The position numbers and the translations under genes are program-made. A stretch of DNA of 64,000 bases from an uncultured Eubacteriales bacterium (lineage in GTDB: Bacteria; Bacillota; Clostridia; Oscillospirales; Acutalibacteraceae), in the NCBI GenBank assembly GCA_964481575.1, contig CAYZTR010000001.1:46724-110723 (forward strand), read 5' to 3'. Shown one piece after another: positions 35,855 to 44,631 of the stretch. Under the pieces are notes generated by a model, which ran no database searches, was not told where the DNA came from, and saw nothing but the letters and a program-made list of their open reading frames with translations. The stretch's first letter is position 1. The number at the start of each line of letters is the position of its first letter.

Positions 35855-35883
35855 ATAATAGCACATTTTGTCGAAAAAGGCAA
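35855..35883 (-). promoter_or_regulatory. Putative promoter of the TIR operon
   Basis: Minus strand reads TTGCCT-17 nt-(TGc)TATTAT, i.e. an extended -10. Confidence 0.5.
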
Positions 35884-36017
35884 TACTTGTCGTAATAGGA
35901 AAGAATGCACGATGATGGTGCTTCTAACAAGGTAATGTCCGGAGAATTTTTATATATTGCAGTTTGTTGAAGTGTTCCTCAGCAACAAGTCCTTTGTTTT
36001 TGCGTTTCAAGAAATTC

Positions 36018-36046
36018 TTGACAACAGCAGCATATTGTTGTATTAT
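36018..36046 (+). promoter_or_regulatory. Putative promoter of the ABC exporter operon
   Basis: TTGACA-17 nt-TATTAT. Confidence 0.6.
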
Positions 36047-36077
36047 TGAATTAACACAAAAGGGGAGAGGATATGTT

Positions 36078-36782
36078 ATGCTGACAGTGGAAGAGGTTTC
36101 CAAGCAATACGGCAAAGTGCTTGCCAATGACAATATCAGTTTTCAGGTGCGGGATGGGCAGATTGCCTTGCTCCTGGGGCCAAATGGTGCTGGAAAGTCC
36201 ACCATCATTAAGTGCATTGCCGGGTTGCTGCGGTTTCGGGGACAAATTACCGTGAATGGGATGGAGAATAAAACCCTGGAAGCCAAGGCGGTGTTGGGGT
36301 ATATTCCCGAGATGCCGGCGATTTACGATATGCTGACGGTAGGCGAGCATCTGGAGTTTATCCGCCGGGCCTATCAGATGGAAGAGGATGAGTCCTACGG
36401 TGACGCCCTGCTGGAGCGGTTCCAGCTGATGGATCAAAAGAACAAGCTGGGAAAGGAACTGTCTAAGGGGATGCAGCAAAAGCTGTCCATTTGCTGTGCC
36501 CTGGTGCATCGGCCTAAGGTTCTGATTTTTGACGAGCCAATGGTGGGGCTGGACCCTCATGCCATTAAAGAATTGAAGCAGGTGTTTCTGGAACTGAAGG
36601 AGGCCGGTTGCAGTGTCCTGATTTCTACTCACATGCTGGACAGTGTGGAGGATTACTGGGATGTGGCACATATTATGATGGGCGGCCGCTTTGCGGCCAC
36701 TAAGCTGCGGGAGGGCGATGCCTCCGAAGAAAGTCTGGAGGAGTTGTTCTTCCGGATTACCGAGGAGGGGACGGCACAGTGA
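36078..36782 (+). CDS. ABC transporter ATP-binding protein
   Basis: Walker A GPNGAGKST, signature LSKGMQQKL and Walker B LIFDEPMVGLD. ATG 36078 follows AAAGGGGAGAGG. Confidence 0.9.
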   Translation: MLTVEEVSKQYGKVLANDNISFQVRDGQIALLLGPNGAGKSTIIKCIAGLLRFRGQITVNGMENKTLEAKAVLGYIPEMPAIYDMLTVGEHLEFIRRAYQMEEDESYGDALLERFQLMDQKNKLGKELSKGMQQKLSICCALVHRPKVLIFDEPMVGLDPHAIKELKQVFLELKEAGCSVLISTHMLDSVEDYWDVAHIMMGGRFAATKLREGDASEESLEELFFRITEEGTAQ

Positions 36783-38470
36783 AAGGGTTGTTTTATCTGG
36801 TGACCCACCGGATGAAAAATTCGGTGATCGCCTTTTTCAAACATCCGGGCAAGCTGGTTTTGGTGCTACTGTTTGTGGCTCTGTTGGGAATGTCCCTTCT
36901 TTCGGGCAATGCGGCCGAGGGTATTTACGGAGACCGGGACATCCGGGAATTATTTGCCTTAGGATACGGTTTGTATACCGTATTTCTCTGCCTGACCGCC
37001 TACAACGGATTTTCCACCGGCTCCGCCATGTTCAGTATGCCGGATGTGAATCTGCTATTCGATACACCTATCCGTCCCAAACGGATTTTGTTGTATGGGT
37101 TGGTGCGTCAGCTGGGGCTGGCTCTGGTGATTTGCGTGTTTATGCTGTATTATTACGGCATGCTGCATCAGGCCTACCTGATTCCGTTCTGGTTTCTGGT
37201 GGTAATCGTCCTGCTGTTTGGCGGTGTGATTTTTGTGTCTCAACTGCTGGCTATGCTCATCTATGCCAGAACCAGCGCCAATGACCGACTGAAAAACCGG
37301 GTGCGGGCTGTGTTCTTCGGCGTGATCCTTTTGTTGGTAGTCTGCTGCTGCGGCTGGGTTTGGGTACATGGGCTTTCGCTGGAAAGCCTTCTGACCTTTT
37401 GCACCGGTGTAGGGAGATTCTTCCCAGTGTCCGGCTGGATGGCGGCGGCTATGCAGGGGATTTTCACAGGAGCGTGGCTGCCGGCAGTCTTGGGGATTAC
37501 CGGAACGGTAGCCCTGGCAACGGTACTGATTCTGGTCATCAGTCGCACCGATTCGGATTATTATGAGGATGTGCTTCGGGCGGCGGAGGTGGCGCAAAGT
37601 GCCATTGCCGCGAAGAAGGAATTTATGGGCGCGGAGATGAACCGGAAAAACGTCAAGGTGGGGAAAACCGGTCTGGACGGCGGCAAGGGTGCATCAGCCA
37701 TTTACTTTAAGCAAAAGCTGGAGAATCGACGGGGTCGGGTGTTGTTGGTGGATCTGCTTTCCCTGATTATGATTCTCATTACCCTGGGCGTTTCGGTGTT
37801 TTTGTATTACATGGAGGGAAGTCCGGCATCGGAATCCGCCGATGCTTCGGTTGTTGTGGAACAGGCGGCTGTATCAGAGACGCTGATTGACGATGCAGAA
37901 GCGGAAGCGGACGATATGGACGCTTCTACCTTGGCTATGATCGTGGCGCTGAGTACCTCGGTTTATACCCAGCTGTTTTCGGTTTCGGCCGGGCGTGCCA
38001 ACCGGGAACTGACCAAGCCCTTTATTTACATGATCCCCGATACTCCGTTCCGGAAACTGCTGGCCTGCATGCGCAGCAGTCTGCGAAGTTTTTTGCTGGA
38101 GGGCATCCTCCTTTGGGTGCCGCTGCTGTTCCTGTGTAAGGTGCCGGTGGCAGGGGCTGTGGCTGGAATCTTGTCCCGGGTTTCTTTCGGATATCTGTTC
38201 CTTTCGGTAGATGTACTGATTCTCCGCTTTTTCAGCGGGTGGCCCAAGGCGTTTGCCACCGTTTTCTACCTGTTGGGCGCCATGCTGGCCACGGTGCCGG
38301 GCATTCTCCTGGCGGTGTTCCTGACGCTGGCTGCTGGGATGCTGTTCCCCATGCTGCCGGAGTTGGTAGTGGCTTTGGGAATTATGGTGCTGGCCAATGC
38401 AGGGCTGACGGCGTTGCTGACTTTTGCCAGCCGGAATATGTTGGCCTGTGCCGAGTTAAATTACCAGTAA
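36779..38470 (+). CDS. Putative ABC exporter membrane protein
   Basis: 563-aa polytopic membrane protein whose start overlaps the ATPase stop. I recognise no catalytic motif. Confidence 0.7.
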   Translation: MKGLFYLVTHRMKNSVIAFFKHPGKLVLVLLFVALLGMSLLSGNAAEGIYGDRDIRELFALGYGLYTVFLCLTAYNGFSTGSAMFSMPDVNLLFDTPIRPKRILLYGLVRQLGLALVICVFMLYYYGMLHQAYLIPFWFLVVIVLLFGGVIFVSQLLAMLIYARTSANDRLKNRVRAVFFGVILLLVVCCCGWVWVHGLSLESLLTFCTGVGRFFPVSGWMAAAMQGIFTGAWLPAVLGITGTVALATVLILVISRTDSDYYEDVLRAAEVAQSAIAAKKEFMGAEMNRKNVKVGKTGLDGGKGASAIYFKQKLENRRGRVLLVDLLSLIMILITLGVSVFLYYMEGSPASESADASVVVEQAAVSETLIDDAEAEADDMDASTLAMIVALSTSVYTQLFSVSAGRANRELTKPFIYMIPDTPFRKLLACMRSSLRSFLLEGILLWVPLLFLCKVPVAGAVAGILSRVSFGYLFLSVDVLILRFFSGWPKAFATVFYLLGAMLATVPGILLAVFLTLAAGMLFPMLPELVVALGIMVLANAGLTALLTFASRNMLACAELNYQ

Positions 38471-38555
38471 AAACGGGGTTGCAACCGGAGGCAAATTCTG
38501 TTATGCTAATGAAAGAACCATATGGGTTGAATTGTAATAGAGTCAGGTGATTGGT

Positions 38556-39107
38556 ATGTATGAAGAAATTACAGCCCAGGCCCGCACTGCTGTGTCGGAG
38601 CTGCTGGCGGCATCCGGCTTGCAGGCGGGAGATGTATTTGTGGTAGGCTGTTCCTCCAGCGAGGTGGGCGGCGCAAAGATTGGTACCGGCTCCAGTGTGG
38701 ATTTGGCCAAGGCCATTTTTGACGGAATCTACCCGGTGCTGCAGGAGAAGGGGATTTTTCTGGCGGCGCAATGCTGCGAGCATCTGAACCGCGCCATGAT
38801 CGTGGAGAAGGCGGCAGCCGAGAAAGCTGGGCTGCCCATTTGCAATGTGGTGCCGCAGCCCAAGGCCGGCGGCTCTTTTGCCACCACGGCCTACGGCGCC
38901 TTCCGGGAGCCAGTAGCCGTGGAAAATATTTTGGGGGACGCCGGGATGGACATCGGCGGTACCTTGATTGGCATGCACCTAAAACCGGTGGCGGTGCCGG
39001 TGCGGCTTTCCCTGAAGCAGATTGGGGAGGCCACCCTGATTTGCGCCAGAACCCGCCCCAAATTTATTGGCGGCCAGCGGGCCCATTACGATCCTGATTT
39101 GCTGTAA
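38556..39107 (+). CDS. TIGR01440/UPF0340 family protein (YwlG-like)
   Basis: VFVVGCSSSEVGG.KIG, AAQCCEHLNRA and MDIGGTLIGMH. Confidence 0.8.
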   Translation: MYEEITAQARTAVSELLAASGLQAGDVFVVGCSSSEVGGAKIGTGSSVDLAKAIFDGIYPVLQEKGIFLAAQCCEHLNRAMIVEKAAAEKAGLPICNVVPQPKAGGSFATTAYGAFREPVAVENILGDAGMDIGGTLIGMHLKPVAVPVRLSLKQIGEATLICARTRPKFIGGQRAHYDPDLL

Positions 39108-39127
39108 AACCTGGATACGAAAAGAAC

Positions 39128-39164
39128 CAAACCCGGCTCTGTTCATCGAACAGAGCCGGGTTTG
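39128..39164. terminator. Bidirectional terminator
   Basis: CAAACCCGGCTCTGTTC-ATC-GAACAGAGCCGGGTTTG perfect hairpin between convergent genes. Confidence 0.85.
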
Positions 39165-39250
39165 GCGTTAAAATGATCCGATTCCTATTTTCGGTGTGTT
39201 TTGAAAATGCCGGATTTGAGATTGTTTTTCGGATGCAATCCCTTGCGGAT

Positions 39251-40489
39251 TCATGCAAGATCGGGAAGCGCCGGCAATGTGATATAACCGATCCCTTCCA
39301 AGAGCGCCTGATTGGTGTTAGGGGTTTTCCAATCCGGTTCGGCATTTCTGTCGCTGGGCAAGTACGACTTTTGCAGCACCGATTCCATGCCGCTCAAAAC
39401 ACCCTTCCGCAGGAGCACCACGTCGGTTACGCTGAGTATTTTATCCTGATTTACGTCGCTCCGGTAAAAAGCATCCTCCGGCACATTGCCGCCCTCCAGA
39501 ATGTTTTTGCGCTGTAACACCACATCGGTCACCGTGCGGCCGCCGTCTCCATTCACATCCCCGCACAGCGCCAGCCATTTGGATTTCCCGTAATAATAGG
39601 AGATGACCCCGTATAGGGTGGAACCGTAAACCGTACCCTGGAGTTCCAGGTCACACGACCAATCGGTGCCCTTATAGTGAAAATCTGGCATGGGGTTATA
39701 GTAGGTTTTCAACTCCAGCGCTTCCTGATAGGCATCGTAAAGGGCTTGGGCTGCCGGGTAGGTTTCCCCGGTGATGTCCTCCAACTCCGGCAATTGTTCC
39801 AGACATTGGCGGTACAAGGTGGAAAATATACCTTGCGTTTTCATTTTTTCCGCCATTGCTGCCTTTTCTTCCGGTGTGGTTTCCCGGGTCAAGTCTTCTC
39901 CGGTATAGGTTTCTACCGGAACCGCAACCCGGTCCGGCAGCGGGTCAATGAGGAAGCGGGCATTGCTGCATTGAAAGACCGGAAACAGCGGGATAAAGGA
40001 GCTTGGAGTATTTTCAGGAGAATAGGGGGCGAGAAAGTCTGTATCATACCGTCCGGTGGGGTCAACCAAAAGCCAGTGTAAATAACCGGTGTTCCAGTTT
40101 ACAACGCAAGCAATTTCTCCATAATACCAATACCCATCCTCAGGATTTAACAGAATGATATAATGAGATCCGTTGATTTGGTAATCCATATATTCTGTTG
40201 CCAAAACCGGTTGCAGGGACAAAGAATCAGGAATGCAGGAATAATCGTACCTACCATTTTCCAGCCCGGCAGACAGATCCTGTAGCAGGTAGCGAAAAGA
40301 AGTCAACTGATTGTTTTCCTTCCAGGAGGAGGGGCCTTGCGGATAAGGGTCTTCGTTATATCGGAACGCCTCGCCGCTGGGCTGCTGATATACGGTGCTG
40401 AAATAAAGCGGCGGCATAGCAGAAGCCGGCATAACCCAGCAGCCAAACAGAAACAGGGAAATGATGCCAATGCAAATCATTCTTTTCAT
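39251..40489 (-). CDS. Secreted protein with a C-terminal type-I dockerin module
   Basis: Signal peptide MKRMICIGIISLFLFGCWVMPASA. There are two Ca-binding dockerin repeats (GDVNGDGGRTVTDVVLQRK.., SDVNQDKILSVTDVVLLRK). The N-terminal region is unassigned. Confidence 0.8.
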   Translation of the reverse strand: MKRMICIGIISLFLFGCWVMPASAMPPLYFSTVYQQPSGEAFRYNEDPYPQGPSSWKENNQLTSFRYLLQDLSAGLENGRYDYSCIPDSLSLQPVLATEYMDYQINGSHYIILLNPEDGYWYYGEIACVVNWNTGYLHWLLVDPTGRYDTDFLAPYSPENTPSSFIPLFPVFQCSNARFLIDPLPDRVAVPVETYTGEDLTRETTPEEKAAMAEKMKTQGIFSTLYRQCLEQLPELEDITGETYPAAQALYDAYQEALELKTYYNPMPDFHYKGTDWSCDLELQGTVYGSTLYGVISYYYGKSKWLALCGDVNGDGGRTVTDVVLQRKNILEGGNVPEDAFYRSDVNQDKILSVTDVVLLRKGVLSGMESVLQKSYLPSDRNAEPDWKTPNTNQALLEGIGYITLPALPDLA

Positions 40490-40797
40490 GAGAGTTCCCC
40501 CTAAATTTATATTGGCTTATTACGATATTTTGTTCAAAACCACAATTTTATTATAATGAATATCCTTGGGTTTGTCAACGATTTTTCAACAATATATTCT
40601 AATAAAAGGTATATTTTTTATGTACCCTCTTCATTCTGGCATTGAAATGATATATATCGACAAGATAGCTGACGGAAGGAGACGCATTCGTGTATCCTGT
40701 GAAAAAGGATGAAACCAGAAACGATGTGCGGAAAATGCCTTTATTCGATGGGATCAAATGGGGGCGGTGGAATGCTGCTGTAATCCTGGATACGCAT

Positions 40798-40838
40798 CAA
40801 ACCGGACAGCCGGAAGGCCTGCCCGGTTTGATTTTTTT
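40798..40838 (+). terminator. Orphan strong intrinsic terminator
   Basis: CAAACCGGACAGCC-GGAA-GGCCTGCCCGGTTTG followed by ATTTTTTT. It lies inside track ORF 40690..40896. Confidence 0.7.
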
Positions 40839-40867
40839 GCAAAAGAAGCAAAATCTTAAAAAAATAG

Positions 40868-40897
40868 TTACAATTCCTACTGTAGGTGTGCTATAAT
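40868..40897 (+). promoter_or_regulatory. Putative promoter of the lipoprotein/two-component operon
   Basis: TTACAA-18 nt-TGcTATAAT (extended -10). Confidence 0.6.
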
Positions 40898-40953
40898 GAT
40901 TACAATTATACTGGAGTATTATGGAGTTGGGCAATCGGAAGGAGTGGAGCGGA

Positions 40954-42339
40954 ATGCGAATCAAATCTCTGGCGGTTCTGTTGCTGGCGTTGGCCATGCT
41001 GTTGACCGGTTCCGCCTGCTCCGGGATAGATACTGATACCGATTCGGTGCTCCATGCGCCCAAGCTTACCGGGGATATGTATAATATTCAGCAGGCTTTG
41101 GAACTGGGAACCAACCGGAAATATGATTTAAAATACCCCCGGACGGGGGATTATCTGACGGCGTTTGTCCTGCGGGATGTGGATCGGGACGGCCATGATG
41201 AGGTTTTCGCTTTCTATAGCTTTCAGGATGATACCGAAGGTAATATTAACATGAGTATGATTGACAGCACGGAAGATGGCTGGCGGATCACCGACACGGT
41301 GACTGTGCAGGCTTCCGGGGTGGAGTCAATCTCTTTTGCTGATCTGGACGGCAACGGCAGCCAGGAAGTACTGGTAGGGTGGAGCCTGTTCAGCACCATT
41401 CAACAGCAGCTTTCAGTATATGGCTGCGACGGCGGCAGCCTGGTGCAACGGTTGAGCCGTCCCTATACCACCTTTGTTACGGCGGATCTGATGGAGGTGG
41501 GATTCAGCCAGTTGCTGGTAGTGACGCTGGATTCTACCGAAAAGACTGCCGAGGCCAGGCTGTATCAGGTTCCGGAGGGCGGCGCCGAGGAGGAGGGCAA
41601 CGTTTCGCTGGACGGCAACATCAGCGGCTATCTGACGCCGGTGGTGGGTAAGCTGGCCAGTCAGCGTCCGGCGGTATATCTGGACGCCAACAAGGGTACT
41701 TCTTCCATGATCACCGAGATTATTTACTATATGCCGCTGGATACCATAAGCACACCGGTGCTTTCCGATGAGAATTCGGATTTCAGTCTAATGCGCACCA
41801 GTCCGTTGGTTTCTCCTTTCCATGACAATTCTACCCGGGAGAATAATATTACTGCCCGCCAGGCTCCGTTGCCAATGCGTGATATGGATGGGGACGGCGT
41901 TATGGAAATGCCCACCATGCTGGAGCTGCCGGGGAACCAACAGACGAAGCTGTATTTATCCACCTGGCGGAATTATAATGAGGAAAAATTTACCGAGGTA
42001 TGTACCGCCGTGATGAATGATACCTACGGATATTATCTGAAGTATCCGGCTGCCTGGCTGGGAGAGGATGGCATCCATGTGACGGTTTCGGTCAGTAAGG
42101 AGGATTCCCTCTACACCTTTTCGACCTGGGACAATGAGGCCAGGATTCGCACGGTGGATTTGCTGAAGCTACAGGTGTTTACCACAGAGGAGTGGGAAAA
42201 CCGAAATATGTCCCTGTATGCGGATTATTTCTCGGTGGCTGTTTCCGGCGACCGGGTGTATGCCGCCTGGCTGACCCGGCAGGATACGCCGTATACTATT
42301 GATGAAACGACGCTGCGTGAGTGCTTTGTTCTGGAATAA
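40954..42339 (+). CDS. Lipoprotein with FG-GAP/VCBS-like DxDxDG calcium-binding repeats
   Basis: Lipobox LLTGSAC after MRIKSLAVLLLALAM. Repeats are DVDRDGHDEV, DLDGNGSQEVLVG and DMDGDGVMEM. ATG 40954 follows GGAAGGAG. Confidence 0.75.
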   Translation: MRIKSLAVLLLALAMLLTGSACSGIDTDTDSVLHAPKLTGDMYNIQQALELGTNRKYDLKYPRTGDYLTAFVLRDVDRDGHDEVFAFYSFQDDTEGNINMSMIDSTEDGWRITDTVTVQASGVESISFADLDGNGSQEVLVGWSLFSTIQQQLSVYGCDGGSLVQRLSRPYTTFVTADLMEVGFSQLLVVTLDSTEKTAEARLYQVPEGGAEEEGNVSLDGNISGYLTPVVGKLASQRPAVYLDANKGTSSMITEIIYYMPLDTISTPVLSDENSDFSLMRTSPLVSPFHDNSTRENNITARQAPLPMRDMDGDGVMEMPTMLELPGNQQTKLYLSTWRNYNEEKFTEVCTAVMNDTYGYYLKYPAAWLGEDGIHVTVSVSKEDSLYTFSTWDNEARIRTVDLLKLQVFTTEEWENRNMSLYADYFSVAVSGDRVYAAWLTRQDTPYTIDETTLRECFVLE

Positions 42340-42372
42340 CAGTTCCAATCAGAAGGGGAGGAAGAAATTCTT

Positions 42373-43074
42373 ATGAAAAAGATTTTGGTTGTGGAGGACG
42401 AAACGGCTATTCGCGAATTTGAAGTAATCAATTTGAACCGGGCGGGCTACACTACGGTGGAGGCGGCCAATGGGGAGGATGCCCTTCGGATCTTTTATGA
42501 GGAAGGGGATTTTGATATTGCTTTGCTGGATATCTCCATGCCGGGGATGGACGGTTTTGCTGTCTGCAAGGAGATTCGTAAGACTTCACCCACGGTGGGG
42601 ATTATCATGTTGACGGCGAAGACCCAGGAAATGGATAAGGTTACCGGCTTGATGACCGGAGCGGATGATTATGTAACCAAGCCCTTCAGTCCCAGTGAAC
42701 TCATGGCCCGGGTGGATTCTCTGTACCGCCGGGTGGAAATGCAGAATCGGATGGAGCTTCCCCAGGAGGAGGAAATCACCATGGGCGGTTTTACCTTGAA
42801 TCTGCGGCGGCGGATTCTGATGAAAGGGGAAAAGCCCATTGAGCTGACCCAGGTGGAGTTTCAGATTATGGAGTATTTCTTTCGCCATCCGGACAGCGTT
42901 TTGAGCCGGACGGATATTCTCAACAAGGTTTGGGGAGACGCTTACTTTGGCGAGGAAAAAATTGTGGATGTGAATGTACGCCGGCTACGGATGAAAATTG
43001 AGGAAGAACCCTCCAAGCCCCGGCATTTGCTGACAGTCTGGGGCATGGGTTATAAGTGGACGGCGGCGGAGTAA
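42373..43074 (+). CDS. OmpR/PhoB-family response regulator
   Basis: Receiver domain motifs (ILVVEDE, DIALLDISMPGMDG, LTAK). Winged-helix motifs (LTQVEFQIMEYF, VDVNVRRLRMKIE, TVWGMGYK). Confidence 0.93.
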   Translation: MKKILVVEDETAIREFEVINLNRAGYTTVEAANGEDALRIFYEEGDFDIALLDISMPGMDGFAVCKEIRKTSPTVGIIMLTAKTQEMDKVTGLMTGADDYVTKPFSPSELMARVDSLYRRVEMQNRMELPQEEEITMGGFTLNLRRRILMKGEKPIELTQVEFQIMEYFFRHPDSVLSRTDILNKVWGDAYFGEEKIVDVNVRRLRMKIEEEPSKPRHLLTVWGMGYKWTAAE

Positions 43075-43113
43075 GCTGCCAGGATTATTGCAGGAACAGG
43101 AGGCGAACACAAC

Positions 43114-44631
43114 ATGGCGGTAGAATCCGTGAAAGGCTTTATTTCCAGGCGCGGGGGGATTACCCGGCGCTGGTTGGTGAATGTCATGGCGGTATTTGCG
43201 GCCGTTCTGTTCTTTATTGAAGTGTTTGCTTCGGTGTTTTATTACAATTATTATTACTCCAGCGTGGGTACTACGGCGGCTTCCTATGCCCAATCCTTTA
43301 ATGTGCTGTCCATGGCTGCGCCGGGGGATTTTGCCGCGAAAGCCCGCGAGTACTGTGAGAATTTTGAGTATAAGGAAAAAATGGAGATCCAGATTCTGGA
43401 CAGCAGCGGCAAGGCTTTGGTTTCTACCACCGGGTTTCCGGTGTTGGAAGAAACCATGCCGGATTATTCCGCGGCAGTTAAGTCCAGCGCCGGGGTTGGT
43501 CGGTGGCACGGGATTTCCTCTTCCGGCCAGCATATCTTTGCCGGTACCTATCTGCTGACGGATACCGGCAGCGGTTCCAACGGTGCTGTGCGCTGGGTCA
43601 TCGCTACCGATCGGATTAACCGGCATATTTTTTTCACCCTGCTGGCCTTTATTCTGGTGGGGCTGTTTGTTCTGGGGTTTTCGGTGATTTCCGGCCTGTA
43701 TTTCGTCAATTCCATCGTGAAGCCCCTACAGTTGGTGACAAATACCACCCGAAAAATTGCCCTGGGGGATTTTAACTCCCGTATTGCGCTGGAGGATGAA
43801 AGTGAAATCGGCGAAATCTGCGATTCCATTAACTATATGGCCGGTGAGCTGGGACAGGCCGAGGCCATGAAGAATGATTTTATTTCCTCGGTATCCCATG
43901 AACTGCGCACTCCCCTGACGGCTATTCGCGGATGGGGGGAGACCTTGAAAATGGCGGCTAACCCGGAGGATGAACTGATTACCAAGGGCATTGATGTGAT
44001 CCTGCACGAATCGGAGCGGCTTTCCGGTCTGGTGGAGGATTTGCTGGATTTCTCCCGGATGCAGTCTGGGCATTTGTCCATGAATCTGCGGGAGATCCAG
44101 CTGATTGACACCTTGGATGAGGCGGTATATATGTATCGGGAGCTGGCCCGTCAGCAGAATATTGACCTGTCCTTTGTGCGTCCCCGGGTGTCTCCGGTGG
44201 TTATGGGAGATCCAGATCGGTTGAAGCAGGTCTTTATTAACGTGGTGGACAACGCCATTAAATACAACAAGCCCGGTGGGCAGGTTCTCATTGAGACCAT
44301 TATGGAGGAGGGCTGTGTCCGCATTACCGTTACGGATACTGGTGTGGGAATTCCTGCGGCGGATGTGGATCGGTGCAAGGAGAAATTTTATAAATCCAAT
44401 AAGACGGTGCGGGGGTCCGGGATCGGGTTGGCCGTGGCCGATGAAATCATGAAACAGCACCAAGGACTGCTGTTCCTGGAAAGTACCGAAGGGGTGGGAA
44501 CCACGGTGACCATCGTGCTGCCCACCATCGAGCCTGCCGGTCAGACTGCGGCTTCTGTAACCGAGCCGCCTGCGCCGGCGCAAGACCAATTGGCGGAGTT
44601 CCAAGAACTGCCGCCCAAGGAGGAACACTGA
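43114..44631 (+). CDS. Sensor histidine kinase (two TM helices, HAMP, HisKA, HATPase_c)
   Basis: H-box SHELRTPLTAIRGW, N-box DNAIKYN, G1 DTGVGI and G2 GSGIGLA. Confidence 0.92.
   Translation: MAVESVKGFISRRGGITRRWLVNVMAVFAAVLFFIEVFASVFYYNYYYSSVGTTAASYAQSFNVLSMAAPGDFAAKAREYCENFEYKEKMEIQILDSSGKALVSTTGFPVLEETMPDYSAAVKSSAGVGRWHGISSSGQHIFAGTYLLTDTGSGSNGAVRWVIATDRINRHIFFTLLAFILVGLFVLGFSVISGLYFVNSIVKPLQLVTNTTRKIALGDFNSRIALEDESEIGEICDSINYMAGELGQAEAMKNDFISSVSHELRTPLTAIRGWGETLKMAANPEDELITKGIDVILHESERLSGLVEDLLDFSRMQSGHLSMNLREIQLIDTLDEAVYMYRELARQQNIDLSFVRPRVSPVVMGDPDRLKQVFINVVDNAIKYNKPGGQVLIETIMEEGCVRITVTDTGVGIPAADVDRCKEKFYKSNKTVRGSGIGLAVADEIMKQHQGLLFLESTEGVGTTVTIVLPTIEPAGQTAASVTEPPAPAQDQLAEFQELPPKEEH

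Noticed and set aside
35843-35860. (ATT)4-ATAATA microsatellite-like run upstream of the TIR gene
   Set aside because: It is too short to call a repeat feature. It is more simply the A/T-rich -10 region of the operon promoter.
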